A DNA stretch of 63,926 bases, the filler included, from an uncultured Gemmatimonadota bacterium (lineage in GTDB: Bacteria; Blakebacterota; Blakebacteria; Blakebacterales; Blakebacteraceae), in the NCBI GenBank assembly GCA_964576115.1. It is 5 parts of 5 records of this genome, joined end to end, with 100 filler letters (N's around TTAATTAATTAA, not from the genome) between each part and the next. Parts side by side here need not be neighbours in the genome. Positions count along the whole stretch, not along the records: positions 46,995 to 55,981 come from CAZNUA010000009.1; positions 56,082 to 63,926 come from CAZNUA010000094.1; 3 more parts are not named here. One strand, written 5' to 3'. Shown here in pieces: positions 48,159-58,182 of the stretch. Position numbers and translations under genes: made by a program. Position 1 is the stretch's first letter. The number at the start of each line of letters is the position of its first letter. A model generated the notes under the pieces. It saw nothing but the letters and a program-made list of their open reading frames with translations. It searched no databases and was not told the DNA's origin.

Positions 48159-49199
48159 ATGAACTCTGACGAGATATTTCCCCCAACCGGGGATGCGGCC
48201 GTAAAAAAGGCCGGGGGTAAGACCGGGGATACGGCCGATGACGCCCGCTCACCAATCGTGAGCAACCGGGTCATGATCGATCCCGACCCGGCCCGTTTCT
48301 TCGGTGTCCAGGACCGGCATCTGCGTCAGCTCCAGGACGCTTTCCCCGACCTGAACCTGGTGGGGCGCGATCGGGAGCTGCTCATCGAGGGCCCCGGTCC
48401 CGAGGTGAACCGGGTACTGGGGGTGGCGGCTCGGATGCTGAGCCGGCTCACCGGCGACGAAGAACTCGATTCCGATGCGGTGCGCATCATCATCGAGGAA
48501 TCTGCTGCCGGCGGGACGATCCCCGACAATTACCAGGACCTCACCCTTCTGCACACCAACAACAAGCGGCGCATCTACCCCCGCACCGCCGGTCAGTACC
48601 AGTACCTGCAGGCGGTCGAGGCCAACGACATCGTCTTCGCCATCGGTCCGGCCGGGACGGGTAAGACGTACCTGGCGGTGGCCATGGCGGTACGGGCCCT
48701 CAAAGCCCGCGAGGTCCAGCGGATCATCCTGGCCCGTCCGGCCGTCGAGGCGGGTGAGAGCCTCGGTTTTCTGCCCGGGGATCTCAAAGAAAAAGTCGAT
48801 CCCTACCTGCGGCCCCTCTACGACGCCCTGATGGAGATGATCCCCCCCGACAAACTCACCAGGTACCTGGAAAGCCATACCATCGAGGTGCTCCCCCTGG
48901 CCTTCATGCGGGGCCGCAATCTGAATGCGGCCTTCGTGATCCTCGACGAAGCCCAGAATACCACTCCGGGTCAGATGAAGATGGCCCTGACCCGGCTGGG
49001 TGTGAATGCCAAGGCGATCGTGACCGGCGATATTACCCAGATCGACCTGCCCGAAGCGGCCGCGAGCGGCCTGGTCCAGATCCAGAGCATCCTGATGGCG
49101 GTCGAGGGCATATCTTTCGTCTACCTGACCGAGAAAGACGTGGTCCGGCACCGGCTGGTGCGCGAGATTCTGCGCGCCTACCAGGAACGGGGACTCTGA
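48159..49199 (+). CDS. phoH: PhoH family ATPase (YbeZ-like)
   Basis: GPAGTGKT, RPAVEAGESLGFLPGD, PLAFMRGR, DEAQN, GDITQIDL, VVRH. Confidence 0.95.
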   Translation: MNSDEIFPPTGDAAVKKAGGKTGDTADDARSPIVSNRVMIDPDPARFFGVQDRHLRQLQDAFPDLNLVGRDRELLIEGPGPEVNRVLGVAARMLSRLTGDEELDSDAVRIIIEESAAGGTIPDNYQDLTLLHTNNKRRIYPRTAGQYQYLQAVEANDIVFAIGPAGTGKTYLAVAMAVRALKAREVQRIILARPAVEAGESLGFLPGDLKEKVDPYLRPLYDALMEMIPPDKLTRYLESHTIEVLPLAFMRGRNLNAAFVILDEAQNTTPGQMKMALTRLGVNAKAIVTGDITQIDLPEAAASGLVQIQSILMAVEGISFVYLTEKDVVRHRLVREILRAYQERGL

Positions 49200-49209
49200 G
49201 GCGACAGAT

Positions 49210-51462
49210 ATGGAACTGAAGCGTTCGGCACAGACATCGCTCCGGTGGCTGGTGGGCGGCGGCCTGGTCCTCTTCATCGTCCTGCTCTTCCCCACCCGCC
49301 AGGCGTTCCGCTACAACCTCGTCGAGGGCGAGATCGCACGCGAAACGATCGTGGCTCCGATCTCGTTCGCGGTACAGAAGAGCGCCGAGGAACTGGCGGC
49401 CGAGCGGGAAGCGGCCCGGATGAGCGTGCCTCCGGTGCTGGTCTACTCCGAGGACGTGGACGTACGGCGCACGGTTCTGCTCGATTCGCTCTTCACCCTT
49501 TTTACCGAACTGCGCGAAGCGGCGGCGAGCGACTCGGCCGCGGTGCAGGCGGTCCAGCGCCTGGCCCCGGGCGTGGCCGAAGAATCGCTCATCTACCTTT
49601 TCGCTGCCGAACTGCCCGGGCGCGCAGCCGAGCGCCGGGCGACCCTGGCCACAGGGCGTTATGACAGTCTGCGCACCGCCGTCGAACGGGTCGTGAACCA
49701 CTACTTCTCGGTCGGGATCGTGGAGTCCAAACCCCGCTTGCGCGAGATGTCGCGTGAGACCATCACCGTCATCGGCCCCGAGGGCGAATCCCCCCTGCCG
49801 CTCGCGATCGTGGTGGATATGGAGCAGGTACGCGATTCACTCGGGAACATGCTGCGCGAATACCTGCCCGGGGCCGAACCCCGCCTGGTTACCCTGGCTT
49901 ACGAACTCTCGCTCTTCGCGCTGGAACCGAACCTCCTGCTCGATACCGAACGAACCAGCCGGCGACGGGCTGATGCCGAGAACGGCGTGCCGACCTCGAA
50001 GGCCTTCGTCATGGCCGAAGAGAAGATCGTGGATGCCAATACCCGGGTGACTGACGAGGTGGTCGAGAAACTCGCCAGCTTGAACCGGGCCCTGGCCGAG
50101 GTGGAATCGGAGCGCCGGTTCCTGCCCGTCCTGCGGACCTGGCTCTCCAGGGCCGTGCTGGTACTGCTGGTCCTGGCCGTCTTTGTCGTCTGGCTCAAGT
50201 TCCACCGGCCGCGCCTGCTCAAGGACAACCGCACCCTGATCTCGATGGCGGTCCTGATCGCGATCGAACTGCTGATCGCCTACCTGCTGCGCGAGAGCAC
50301 GGTCCTGAGTGTTTACCTGGTGCCGGTGGCCGTGGCCACCATGCTGCTCACGATCCTCTTCGATACCGGGGTCGGGCTGGTGACGGCCTTCACCATCGGT
50401 CTGCTGATGGGAGCGATCCTGGGTTTCGACTATACCACCACGCTCATCCACACCGCCGCCGGTTCGGCGGGGGTGTTCGCCGTGAGCCGGGTGCGCAAAC
50501 GCAGTCATTTCTACCGGGCGCTGTGGGTGGTGCCGGCCGCCTACCTGCTGGCCATCGTGAGCGTGGAACTGCTCCGCCTGAGTACCTTCGACGAACTGGT
50601 GCGCGGGGCGGCCTACGGGGTGGCCAACGGGATGATGGGGGTGGTGATCACGATGGGGCTGTTGCCCATCTTCGAGAGCCTCTTCAATTTTTCGACCGAC
50701 ATCACCCTGCTCGAACTCTCCGATTTGAATCACCCCCTGCTGCGCCAGCTGGCCATGCGCGCGCCCGGCACTTACCAGCACTCGCTCATGATCGGCGAAC
50801 TGGGGGCGGCCGCGGCCGAAGCGATCGGCGCCAACGCCCTGCTCACCCGGATCGGGGCCTACTTCCACGATATCGGCAAGATGAACAAGCCGGAGTATTT
50901 CGTAGAGAACCAGCAGGGGTACAACCCGCACACCCGCCTGAGCCCGAATATGAGTGCCCTGATCGTCGAAACGCATGTCAAGGAGGGGCTCGAGCTGGCC
51001 GAGGAGCACCGCCTGCCGGCCAAGATCAGGGATTTCATCCCCGAGCATCACGGCACCACCGTCATGAACTACTTCTACCTGCGGGCGATCGAAGAGGCCA
51101 AGGAGGGGGAAAAGGTCATCGAGGACGATTTCCGCTACCCCGGGCCCAAGCCGCGCAGCCGCGAGACGGCCATCGTGATGCTGGCCGATACCATCGAAGC
51201 CGCCAGCCGGGTGCTCGAAGATCCCACTCCCCGGCGCATCCGCCTGACCGTCAAGGAACTGATCGAGAACAAGTTCGGGGACGGCCAGCTCGACGAATGC
51301 CCGCTGACCTTCCGCGACCTGCGGCTGGTGCGCGAGGCCTTCGTCAATGTGCTCACCAGCCGCTTCCACCAACGCATCGATTATCCCGACCGGGACGAGA
51401 CCCTGAAGAAGGCCGCCGAGCGTGGCGCCGAGGCCCGACAGCAGCCGCGGGAGGGATCGTGA
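49210..51462 (+). CDS. 7TM-HD (HDIG) phosphohydrolase, PgpH-like
   Basis: Extracytoplasmic domain, 7 TM, APGTYQHS, HDIGK, HHGT, FRYPGPKP, MLADTIEAASR. Confidence 0.92.
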   Translation: MELKRSAQTSLRWLVGGGLVLFIVLLFPTRQAFRYNLVEGEIARETIVAPISFAVQKSAEELAAEREAARMSVPPVLVYSEDVDVRRTVLLDSLFTLFTELREAAASDSAAVQAVQRLAPGVAEESLIYLFAAELPGRAAERRATLATGRYDSLRTAVERVVNHYFSVGIVESKPRLREMSRETITVIGPEGESPLPLAIVVDMEQVRDSLGNMLREYLPGAEPRLVTLAYELSLFALEPNLLLDTERTSRRRADAENGVPTSKAFVMAEEKIVDANTRVTDEVVEKLASLNRALAEVESERRFLPVLRTWLSRAVLVLLVLAVFVVWLKFHRPRLLKDNRTLISMAVLIAIELLIAYLLRESTVLSVYLVPVAVATMLLTILFDTGVGLVTAFTIGLLMGAILGFDYTTTLIHTAAGSAGVFAVSRVRKRSHFYRALWVVPAAYLLAIVSVELLRLSTFDELVRGAAYGVANGMMGVVITMGLLPIFESLFNFSTDITLLELSDLNHPLLRQLAMRAPGTYQHSLMIGELGAAAAEAIGANALLTRIGAYFHDIGKMNKPEYFVENQQGYNPHTRLSPNMSALIVETHVKEGLELAEEHRLPAKIRDFIPEHHGTTVMNYFYLRAIEEAKEGEKVIEDDFRYPGPKPRSRETAIVMLADTIEAASRVLEDPTPRRIRLTVKELIENKFGDGQLDECPLTFRDLRLVREAFVNVLTSRFHQRIDYPDRDETLKKAAERGAEARQQPREGS

Positions 51463-52049
51463 GCGGATCGGAAGATGACACCGCGTCCGGACCCGTGCCG
51501 GAACCCGAACTCCCATCAGATACCGGGTCCGGCCCGGCACCGGACCGCCCGACCGGCGAACCTCCCGATCGGGAGGGTGAGAGTGTAACGATCGGAGTGT
51601 ACCGCGACGAGAATGGCCCGCTCCTTCCGATTCCCGATCTCGATCCGGCCGTCGTCGAAAGGCTCGCGCGCCGGGTGCTGGCTGCCGAAGCGGTCGCCGC
51701 GGCCGAAATCGACATCGTTTTCTGCGGTGATGAACGGATCACCGCCCTGAACCGGGAGTGGCTCGACAGCGATCGGGTCACCGATGTCATCGCCTTCGGG
51801 CTCACAGGCATTGAACCAGGCCGGCAGCTCGAGGGTGAGATCTATATCGATCTGGAACAGGCCGTACGCCAGGCGCCCGAATTCGGGGTAACGGCGGAGG
51901 AGGAGATCGTCCGTCTGATCGTACACGGCCTCCTCCATCTGGCGGGGTATACAGATACCGGATCCCCCTCCGAGGTGGAGGCGATGATGAATCGACAGGA
52001 AGAACTCGTGAAGGATTGGGACGAACCCATACGGGGAGGTCAGAACTGA
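51459..52049 (+). CDS. ybeY: rRNA maturation endoribonuclease YbeY
   Basis: LNREW..TDVIAF, GEIYI, HGLLHLAGY; GTG start overlaps the upstream stop; low-complexity N-terminal extension. Confidence 0.9.
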   Translation: MSGSEDDTASGPVPEPELPSDTGSGPAPDRPTGEPPDREGESVTIGVYRDENGPLLPIPDLDPAVVERLARRVLAAEAVAAAEIDIVFCGDERITALNREWLDSDRVTDVIAFGLTGIEPGRQLEGEIYIDLEQAVRQAPEFGVTAEEEIVRLIVHGLLHLAGYTDTGSPSEVEAMMNRQEELVKDWDEPIRGGQN

Positions 52050-53344
52050 TGCCGGGGGCGAGCGTGGCACCCGTTCTAGAAATCATCATCATCCTGTTGC
52101 TGGTGGTGATCGCCGGCGGTTTCACTGCGGCCGAAACGGCCATCCTCACCCTGCTGCGGGCCATCAGGGCCGAGAAACCCGACGAAGAGGACTACCTGCC
52201 CGAACTCGAGGAGACCGCCCGCGAAGAACTCCCCGCTGCCGTCAAGCGCCTGGCGGCCCATCCCGGCCGGCTCACCGCCACCATCACCTTCGGCCGCCTC
52301 ATGGCCCGGGTTCTCGCCGTGGCCCTCACGGCCCTGCTTGCCTGGCGCTGGGTGGTGCAGCTCCGAGCTCTTTCGCCCTGGTTCTGGACCGTCGTCGGAG
52401 TGCTCGTCACCCTGCTGCTGCTCCTGCTGCTGGGCGAGCTGCTGCCCCGCATCATCGGCACCCGTCTGCCCCGCGTCACGGTAACCTGGACGGTGCCCCT
52501 GCTGGCGGTGGCCATGCTCCTGCTCCTGCCCGTCACCCTGGCGGGCAATCGCCTGCTGCGCCGGTTCGCCCGCAGCGAGCACGGGGAACCGGCGTTCCTG
52601 ACCCTCGAGGAACTCAACCGCCATCTCGACGAACGGCAGGATGCCGGCACCCTCGAGGCCGAAGACCGCGAGATGATCGAGGATCTGCTGGAATTCGGAG
52701 AGACCATGGTGCGCGAAGTCATGGTGCCCCGGATCGATATCAAGGCCATTCCGGCAGACGCCTGTTATGCCGAAGTACAGGCCCTGGTATCCGAGACCGG
52801 TCACTCCCGTCTGCCGGTCTACGACGGCGATCTCGACCACATCATCGGCATCATGCACGTCAAGGACCTGCTGCGGCGCAGCGAGGGTGAGGAAATGCCC
52901 ATCCGCGAGCTGATGCGCAAAGCCCTCTTCGTGCCCGAAACGAAGATGATCGACGACCTGCTGCGGGAATTCCAGCACGCCCGGCTGCACATGGCCATCG
53001 TGGTGGACGAATACGGCGGCACCAGCGGTATGGTCACCCTCGAGGACCTGGTCGAGGAGATCGTGGGCGAGATCCAGGACGAATACGACCGCGAGGCTCC
53101 GCTCGTGAAAGAGACCTCCCCCGGGGTGTGGGACGTCAACGCCATCATCGACCTCGAGGACCTCGAAGAGGCCACCGGCATCGCGCTGCCCGAGGACGGC
53201 TGGGATACCCTGGGCGGCTTCATTTATTCCCTCGAGGGACGCGTGCCCGAGGCCGGCTACACCTACGAGTGGGAGGACTACCGTTTCACGGTCCTCGAGA
53301 TCGAGGGGCGCCGTATCATCCGGGTCGAGATCTCGCGGTTGTAG
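52049..53344 (+). CDS. HlyC/CorC (CNNM) family protein
   Basis: FTAAETA, GELLPR, two CBS domains (VREVMVPR, HSRLPV, VVDEYGG..EDLVEEIVGEIQDE), CorC domain. Confidence 0.93.
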   Translation: MPGASVAPVLEIIIILLLVVIAGGFTAAETAILTLLRAIRAEKPDEEDYLPELEETAREELPAAVKRLAAHPGRLTATITFGRLMARVLAVALTALLAWRWVVQLRALSPWFWTVVGVLVTLLLLLLLGELLPRIIGTRLPRVTVTWTVPLLAVAMLLLLPVTLAGNRLLRRFARSEHGEPAFLTLEELNRHLDERQDAGTLEAEDREMIEDLLEFGETMVREVMVPRIDIKAIPADACYAEVQALVSETGHSRLPVYDGDLDHIIGIMHVKDLLRRSEGEEMPIRELMRKALFVPETKMIDDLLREFQHARLHMAIVVDEYGGTSGMVTLEDLVEEIVGEIQDEYDREAPLVKETSPGVWDVNAIIDLEDLEEATGIALPEDGWDTLGGFIYSLEGRVPEAGYTYEWEDYRFTVLEIEGRRIIRVEISRL

Positions 53345-53421
53345 GTCTCTGCATCCTTGCATCCGGTCCTGTTTCTCTATACATTACTTTCGATAGTTCT
53401 AAACAATCCAGGAGGAAAACC

Positions 53422-53772
53422 GTGGAGGCCACCCGGGAACGCATGTACCGCCTGCACTCCGATGTGTGCAAGGCGATGGGACATCCCAGCCGGCTGGCGA
53501 TCATCGATCTGCTGCGCGAGGGCGAGGTGACGGTCGGTGCTCTCTCCGAAGCTCTGGGTCGGTCGATCAGCAACACCAGCCAGCATCTCTCGGTATTGAA
53601 GTCGGCCGGTCTGGTGAAGTGCCGCAAAGAGGGCACGACCTGTTACTACCGGGTCTCCACCCAGGTGATTTACAAGGCCTTCGACTGCATGGGCGAGATT
53701 ATATTTGAAGGTTCGAAAGACCGGGCGGCGCACCGCGAATACCTGCGCCGCCACGTCCTGCAAAGCACCTGA
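53422..53772 (+). CDS. ArsR/SmtB family regulator
   Basis: RBS AGGAGG; CKAMGHPSRLAIIDLL..SQHLSVLKSAGLV. Confidence 0.9.
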   Translation: MEATRERMYRLHSDVCKAMGHPSRLAIIDLLREGEVTVGALSEALGRSISNTSQHLSVLKSAGLVKCRKEGTTCYYRVSTQVIYKAFDCMGEIIFEGSKDRAAHREYLRRHVLQST

Positions 53773-53814
53773 ACAGCAGGCATAGTACTTGATCAGCAGG
53801 GGGAACGACGACCG

Positions 53815-54021
53815 ATGCCGATGTACGACCTCAAATGCACGCACTGCGGACACGAGTTCGAGGATCTGGTCTCGAGCCGGGATGCCGTGGCCGAGGTGGC
53901 GTGCGAGAAGTGCGGGCAGAAGGGTCTGGAGCTCAAACCCAGTCTTTTTGCTTCATCGGTCTCCGGTTCCTCGGTCGGTTCCTCTTCGGGCAGTTCCTGT
54001 GGACCTGGCCCCTTTACATGA
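53815..54021 (+). CDS. FmdB family zinc-ribbon protein, possible C-terminal selenocysteine
   Basis: MPMYDLKCTHCGHEFE..CEKCG; ends SCGPGPFT-TGA. Confidence 0.88.
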   Translation: MPMYDLKCTHCGHEFEDLVSSRDAVAEVACEKCGQKGLELKPSLFASSVSGSSVGSSSGSSCGPGPFT

Positions 54022-54179
54022 GCATCCTGACGATCCCGCCGGGAGCGGGAAAGACAACTGAAGCGTCAAGGGTGCACGCGACGGCAATAGAAGAAGGAAT
54101 GATAGGGGTAACGGCAGCAAGAATTTCAATTCTGTAACACATATCGGGACACGCTTCTTATTTTCGGTCTTGCTGAAAC

Positions 54180-54207
54180 TTGACGCGTCGGGCAGTTCCG
54201 GTATCTT
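54180..54207 (+). promoter_or_regulatory. Candidate sigma-70 promoter of tRNA-fMet
   Basis: TTGACG-N16-TATCTT, 12 nt before the tRNA. Confidence 0.5.
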
Positions 54208-54219
54208 GAAGAGTGACAC

Positions 54220-54296
<77 letters not shown>

Positions 54297-54305
54297 ATCA
54301 AACCT

Positions 54306-54347
54306 GCGACGCCGGCCGGGCATGACCTGAGCCGGCGTCGTTGTTTT
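54306..54347 (+). terminator. Terminator after tRNA-fMet
   Basis: GCGACGCCGGC / GCCGGCGTCGT stem followed by TGTTTT. Confidence 0.7.
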
Positions 54348-54961
54348 ATCAGGGCCCATGAGGGATATGTGTTCACTTAGATTGAGGGCGGAAGAGGGCA
54401 TATCAGGCTCTCCAGTGATATCTGATCGATATTCCGAGATCCTCTCCTGGATCTCTCAGCATGTATGCAAGGCCGTGTTCTACGCGGATTCTGCGTCCCT
54501 AGAGCACGTCGCAGGTTGGTATCCACTGCCGACTACTTGACCTGCGACGGGGGAGCAGGGGATCTCGGCGGCCGGATGGGGCCTTGTGTACATACACACC
54601 CCCTCTCCGGCCACGGCACCACAGCAGGTACTCAGGAGGGTCTCAGACTCCTCTCAGATACCTCGAGCATATCTGCGGACATATCTCCGAGGCTTTCGGA
54701 TTTATCTCGGAGGCTCTTGAGCATATTCAGTGGTATTTCAGGGGGTATTGAGGTGCTCGCGTGTCTCCCGTGGCCTTCCGTGATGTCAGCTGCCAAAATG
54801 AGAGTCGGGGTGTACCAACTATCGGGGAGCAGAGCCTTATAAATCAGATTTTCAGTTGATCTGTAAATAAATCTGGGGTAGACTCGTTATTGTAATAAAA
54901 CACTCTTATCATTTTCGCTTCCACACTCAACGGATTATTACAGTTCGCTACTACTTTTGAA

Positions 54962-55933
54962 ATGATCTCAATTATTAGGCTGAAACCAATTTTTAAATCC
55001 ACCTTAATCGTTATTGTTCTATTGTCTTATATAAGCTGTACATCGCCAACGGAAACCACTCTTGATTTTACATCACCACCAATGATCCCTTTACATGATA
55101 TCGATGCTGTATGGTCCCCAGATGGTTTGCAAATTGCATACTCACATAGCTCAAAAATACCTGCCGGATATTTCGGGATTAAGTTGCTTTCAGTTGAGAA
55201 CTTAGCCACAACAGAGCTCGGTGTTAATGGAGAGTTTCCGGCATGGTCTCCAGATTCAAAAATGTTAGCAATCAACAACCTGACATCATTCCAATTATCG
55301 ACTATAGATTTGGAATCATATTCAACCATAAATATTCCGACAATACCCCTCAACTTTCTATATCCATCTTGGTATCCGTCTGGAGACAGTTTGTTGTCGT
55401 CTGTCAATTCTGGTTCTACGAGTGAACGAGGATTATGGACTATTCATATTTCAACAGGATATAGTCGTTGTCTATTATCGGCAAATGTAGTTGATCCTAC
55501 TTGGAATAGTAGAGAAGATACTATTCTATTTATAGAATGGGTGGATGACATTCAATACCTATCTCTTGTTTCTTACCCGTCTATTAGTGTTGAACGTATT
55601 ACAAAATCAGATGATTATTATTCAATACTTGACAGGAAGCCAGCCATCCACCCGTATTTTGGTAACCCTTCATTTCATCCAAATGATACGTCTCTGCTAT
55701 TTCATACTACTGCTTTAAACAACCATGAAGCATCAATATGGATTTACGATATTAGTACGAAAAATATATCTTTAGTTTTTAGTGGTGGTCTCTGTCCCAG
55801 CTGGAATTTAAAAGGAGATATATTAGTATATACTAAATCAGTTGTATATGGTGCAAATACCAGCGGTAATGGATATTTATGGTTATATGATACAAAGTCA
55901 AATCAACACACACAAATAACGTTTCATAATTAA
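54962..55933 (+). CDS. TolB-like (PD40 repeat) beta-propeller lipoprotein, low GC
   Basis: Lipobox YISC; repeats WSPDG, PAWSPDS, PSWYPSG, PTWN, PSFHP, PSWN. Confidence 0.85.
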   Translation: MISIIRLKPIFKSTLIVIVLLSYISCTSPTETTLDFTSPPMIPLHDIDAVWSPDGLQIAYSHSSKIPAGYFGIKLLSVENLATTELGVNGEFPAWSPDSKMLAINNLTSFQLSTIDLESYSTINIPTIPLNFLYPSWYPSGDSLLSSVNSGSTSERGLWTIHISTGYSRCLLSANVVDPTWNSREDTILFIEWVDDIQYLSLVSYPSISVERITKSDDYYSILDRKPAIHPYFGNPSFHPNDTSLLFHTTALNNHEASIWIYDISTKNISLVFSGGLCPSWNLKGDILVYTKSVVYGANTSGNGYLWLYDTKSNQHTQITFHN

Positions 55934-55946
55934 AGGAGATAATGAA

Positions 55947-55981
55947 ATGAAAACATTAATAAAATTAATGATTTCAATTAT
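55947..55981 (+). CDS. Start of an exported protein, truncated by gap
   Basis: RBS AAGGAG then MKTLIKLMISI running into the N-run. Confidence 0.45.
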
Positions 55982-56081
55982 NNNNNNNNNNNNNNNNNNN
56001 NNNNNNNNNNNNNNNNNNNNNNNNNTTAATTAATTAANNNNNNNNNNNNNNNNNNNNNNNNNNNNNNNNNNNNNNNNNNNN
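55982..56081. other. Artificial contig-joining spacer
   Basis: N-run with TTAATTAATTAA. Confidence 0.97.
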
Positions 56082-56889
56082 CCTCTCTCTGACGCTCGGC
56101 CCGATCCTTATGAAGAACCGCGACCTGGTAGGCATCGAAGTATTCGTCGTGACTCACCTCCTGCCCGGCCACGAAAAATCGCCAGCCCTCGCTGTACTCC
56201 CAGACCTGTTTGAAGTAATAGTCCGGAAGCCGGTACTGATCGGGCTCCGGAGTTGTTACGCCGTAGAGAACAGCCACACCGACAAGACCGGCTGAGAGAG
56301 CCGCATGCGCCCATTTGCCCAGATGAGCCTGACCGGAGCCAGGGAGAATGAGGGAGTAGAAAAACGCCTCATCGCCAAGACTGAAATTGCGCGGGTGGGT
56401 CAATTCGCGTGCCAGCAGGTGAATCCTGGCCAGCGCCTGAGCGGTATCGGTAAAGGCCTGTGATCTGACCGCCAGCAGGGATTCCTCTTCGTACCCGTAG
56501 AGAGCGGTTGACAGGGCGATGTTTCCTTCATCATCCCGACCGATCACGGTGCCGATCAGAAAGCCTGCCGGATGGAGGTCGGAATATTCCCGCATCCCCG
56601 CCACGCTGCCGATCGTCCGACGGAGTTCGTCCGCTCTGACGGTGGCTGTAACTTCCTTGAGAGAAAGCAGATGCAGAAACTGACTCGGCCTGATACCCGT
56701 GACGAACCGCCGTTGAAGGAGCACCGCGAAACCACTGTCGGCTGGAGCGCAGAAAGCGGGCAGAACCCGGACAGGCTGGGAGGTCGGCGTTTGCGCCCAC
56801 CCGACTCGCGGCCAGAGAACCAGTATCCCGATCAGGACCAGAACCACGAGGGGAAAAGAATCCTGTGAAGATATCCGTCCTCGAGTCAC
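56082..56889 (-). CDS. Hypothetical exported/membrane protein, 3' truncated
   Basis: Signal peptide ending GWAQ; SLILPGSGQ..GKW motif plus TM segment (DUF5683-like). Confidence 0.6.
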
Positions 56890-57060
56890 AGTCAGACTCC
56901 CCTGATAGAGGTCATCAGCCGGAAAAACACCATCTTTAACCTCAGATACGAGAGGACCTCAAGGATACAGGAAAGTCCGCTCAGAAATCGAGATGACCCT
57001 GCACGATCCAGATGAGGGGGCTTTCATCAGCGAGGAATACGGGCAGGTCGGACCGGTCCC

Positions 57061-58182
57061 TCAGGGATGCGGGCGGCCAGTTCCAGGGCCGATGAGAACG
57101 GCGGCCTGGCGCAGATCGCGGGAATGACGGTGCATCCGGTTGAACTCCTCGATCGGGATGCGCCAGCTCCGCCGACTCCCCTTCCCTTTTTGCAGGTATC
57201 GGATGAAGGGATCGTGGAAGCTCACCTGGTGGGCATCGTACCCGGTCAAAACCACCCAGTGGGGCTGTTTGGTGGCGTAGAGGCGCCAGGCGCTGATGAG
57301 CACGATCGGGACCATGCCGGCCAGCAGGTCGCCGGTCAGATCGGCCAGCAGGAAATCGCCGCAGGTCACCCGCACGCCCCGCTCGCGCGAGCGCGCTTCC
57401 TGATCGGCCTGGATGAGCCGGATGATTTCCTTGCGGTGGGGGTCGCGGACAGAGGAGATGAAGGGCACCCGGTCATCGGAGAGACGCACGTGTACGTCGA
57501 ATCCACGCTCGACGGCGGCCAGAGCCAGACCGAAGGGGCCGGTCCCGCCATGCCCCTGGCTGAGGAAGACCGTCGTGGCATCCTTCCAGAGGTTGAGTTC
57601 GAGAGTGCGGTCGAGGACGAGTTCGGGGCGGAAGTATTTCATGACCATCATCAGGCAGGCGGCGCCGCAGGAGAACTCGGTCGTCTGGGCGTAGAAGGGC
57701 ACCGCCAACCGCAGACGGCCGGGATCGGGCCCGAGATCAACAACCATCCGAACCCCGTCGGCGCCGTCCTCGTAATAGCCCGGCAGATCGGCGACCACCC
57801 GGTATCCAGCCGAATCATACAGTGCCAGAGCCGCGGCATTGTCGCGGCGGACCTCGAGGCTGAGGCGGCCGAAGCCGTGCCGGACGGCTTCGGCTTCGGC
57901 CCGTTTGAGCAGGGCCCGCCCCACCCCACGGCCGCGCATTTCGGAGGCGGTGGCAATCGAGTACAGGCGTGCCGCGTGGTGGCCGTGGTGCAGGAGCACG
58001 ACCGCGGATCCGGCGATCCGGCCGTCGACCGAGGCCACCAGGACGACCGCCCGGCCGCGGGTGAGCAGATAGCGGTACTGCTCCCGGCTGAGCCGGTCGG
58101 AGGTGAAACTCGCACTCTCGAGCCGGACCAGATCCTCCAGATCGGCCATCACCGCCCGCTTGATGCGGATCCGCTCAGGCAT
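57061..58182 (-). CDS. RimI-like GNAT fused to C39-like papain-fold peptidase (DUF3335)
   Basis: ARLYSIA..RGRGVG..LEVRRDN..YYEDG, then PFYAQTTEFSCGAACLMM (Cys), PHWV (His), HDP (Asp). Confidence 0.9.
   Translation of the reverse strand: MPERIRIKRAVMADLEDLVRLESASFTSDRLSREQYRYLLTRGRAVVLVASVDGRIAGSAVVLLHHGHHAARLYSIATASEMRGRGVGRALLKRAEAEAVRHGFGRLSLEVRRDNAAALALYDSAGYRVVADLPGYYEDGADGVRMVVDLGPDPGRLRLAVPFYAQTTEFSCGAACLMMVMKYFRPELVLDRTLELNLWKDATTVFLSQGHGGTGPFGLALAAVERGFDVHVRLSDDRVPFISSVRDPHRKEIIRLIQADQEARSRERGVRVTCGDFLLADLTGDLLAGMVPIVLISAWRLYATKQPHWVVLTGYDAHQVSFHDPFIRYLQKGKGSRRSWRIPIEEFNRMHRHSRDLRQAAVLIGPGTGRPHP

Noticed and set aside
51920..51960. YbeY with the third zinc-ligand His replaced (GYTD rather than GYDH) as an inactive enzyme
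   Set aside because: GYxD variants are familiar from Bacteroidota-type YbeY proteins; the rest of the gene and operon are intact.
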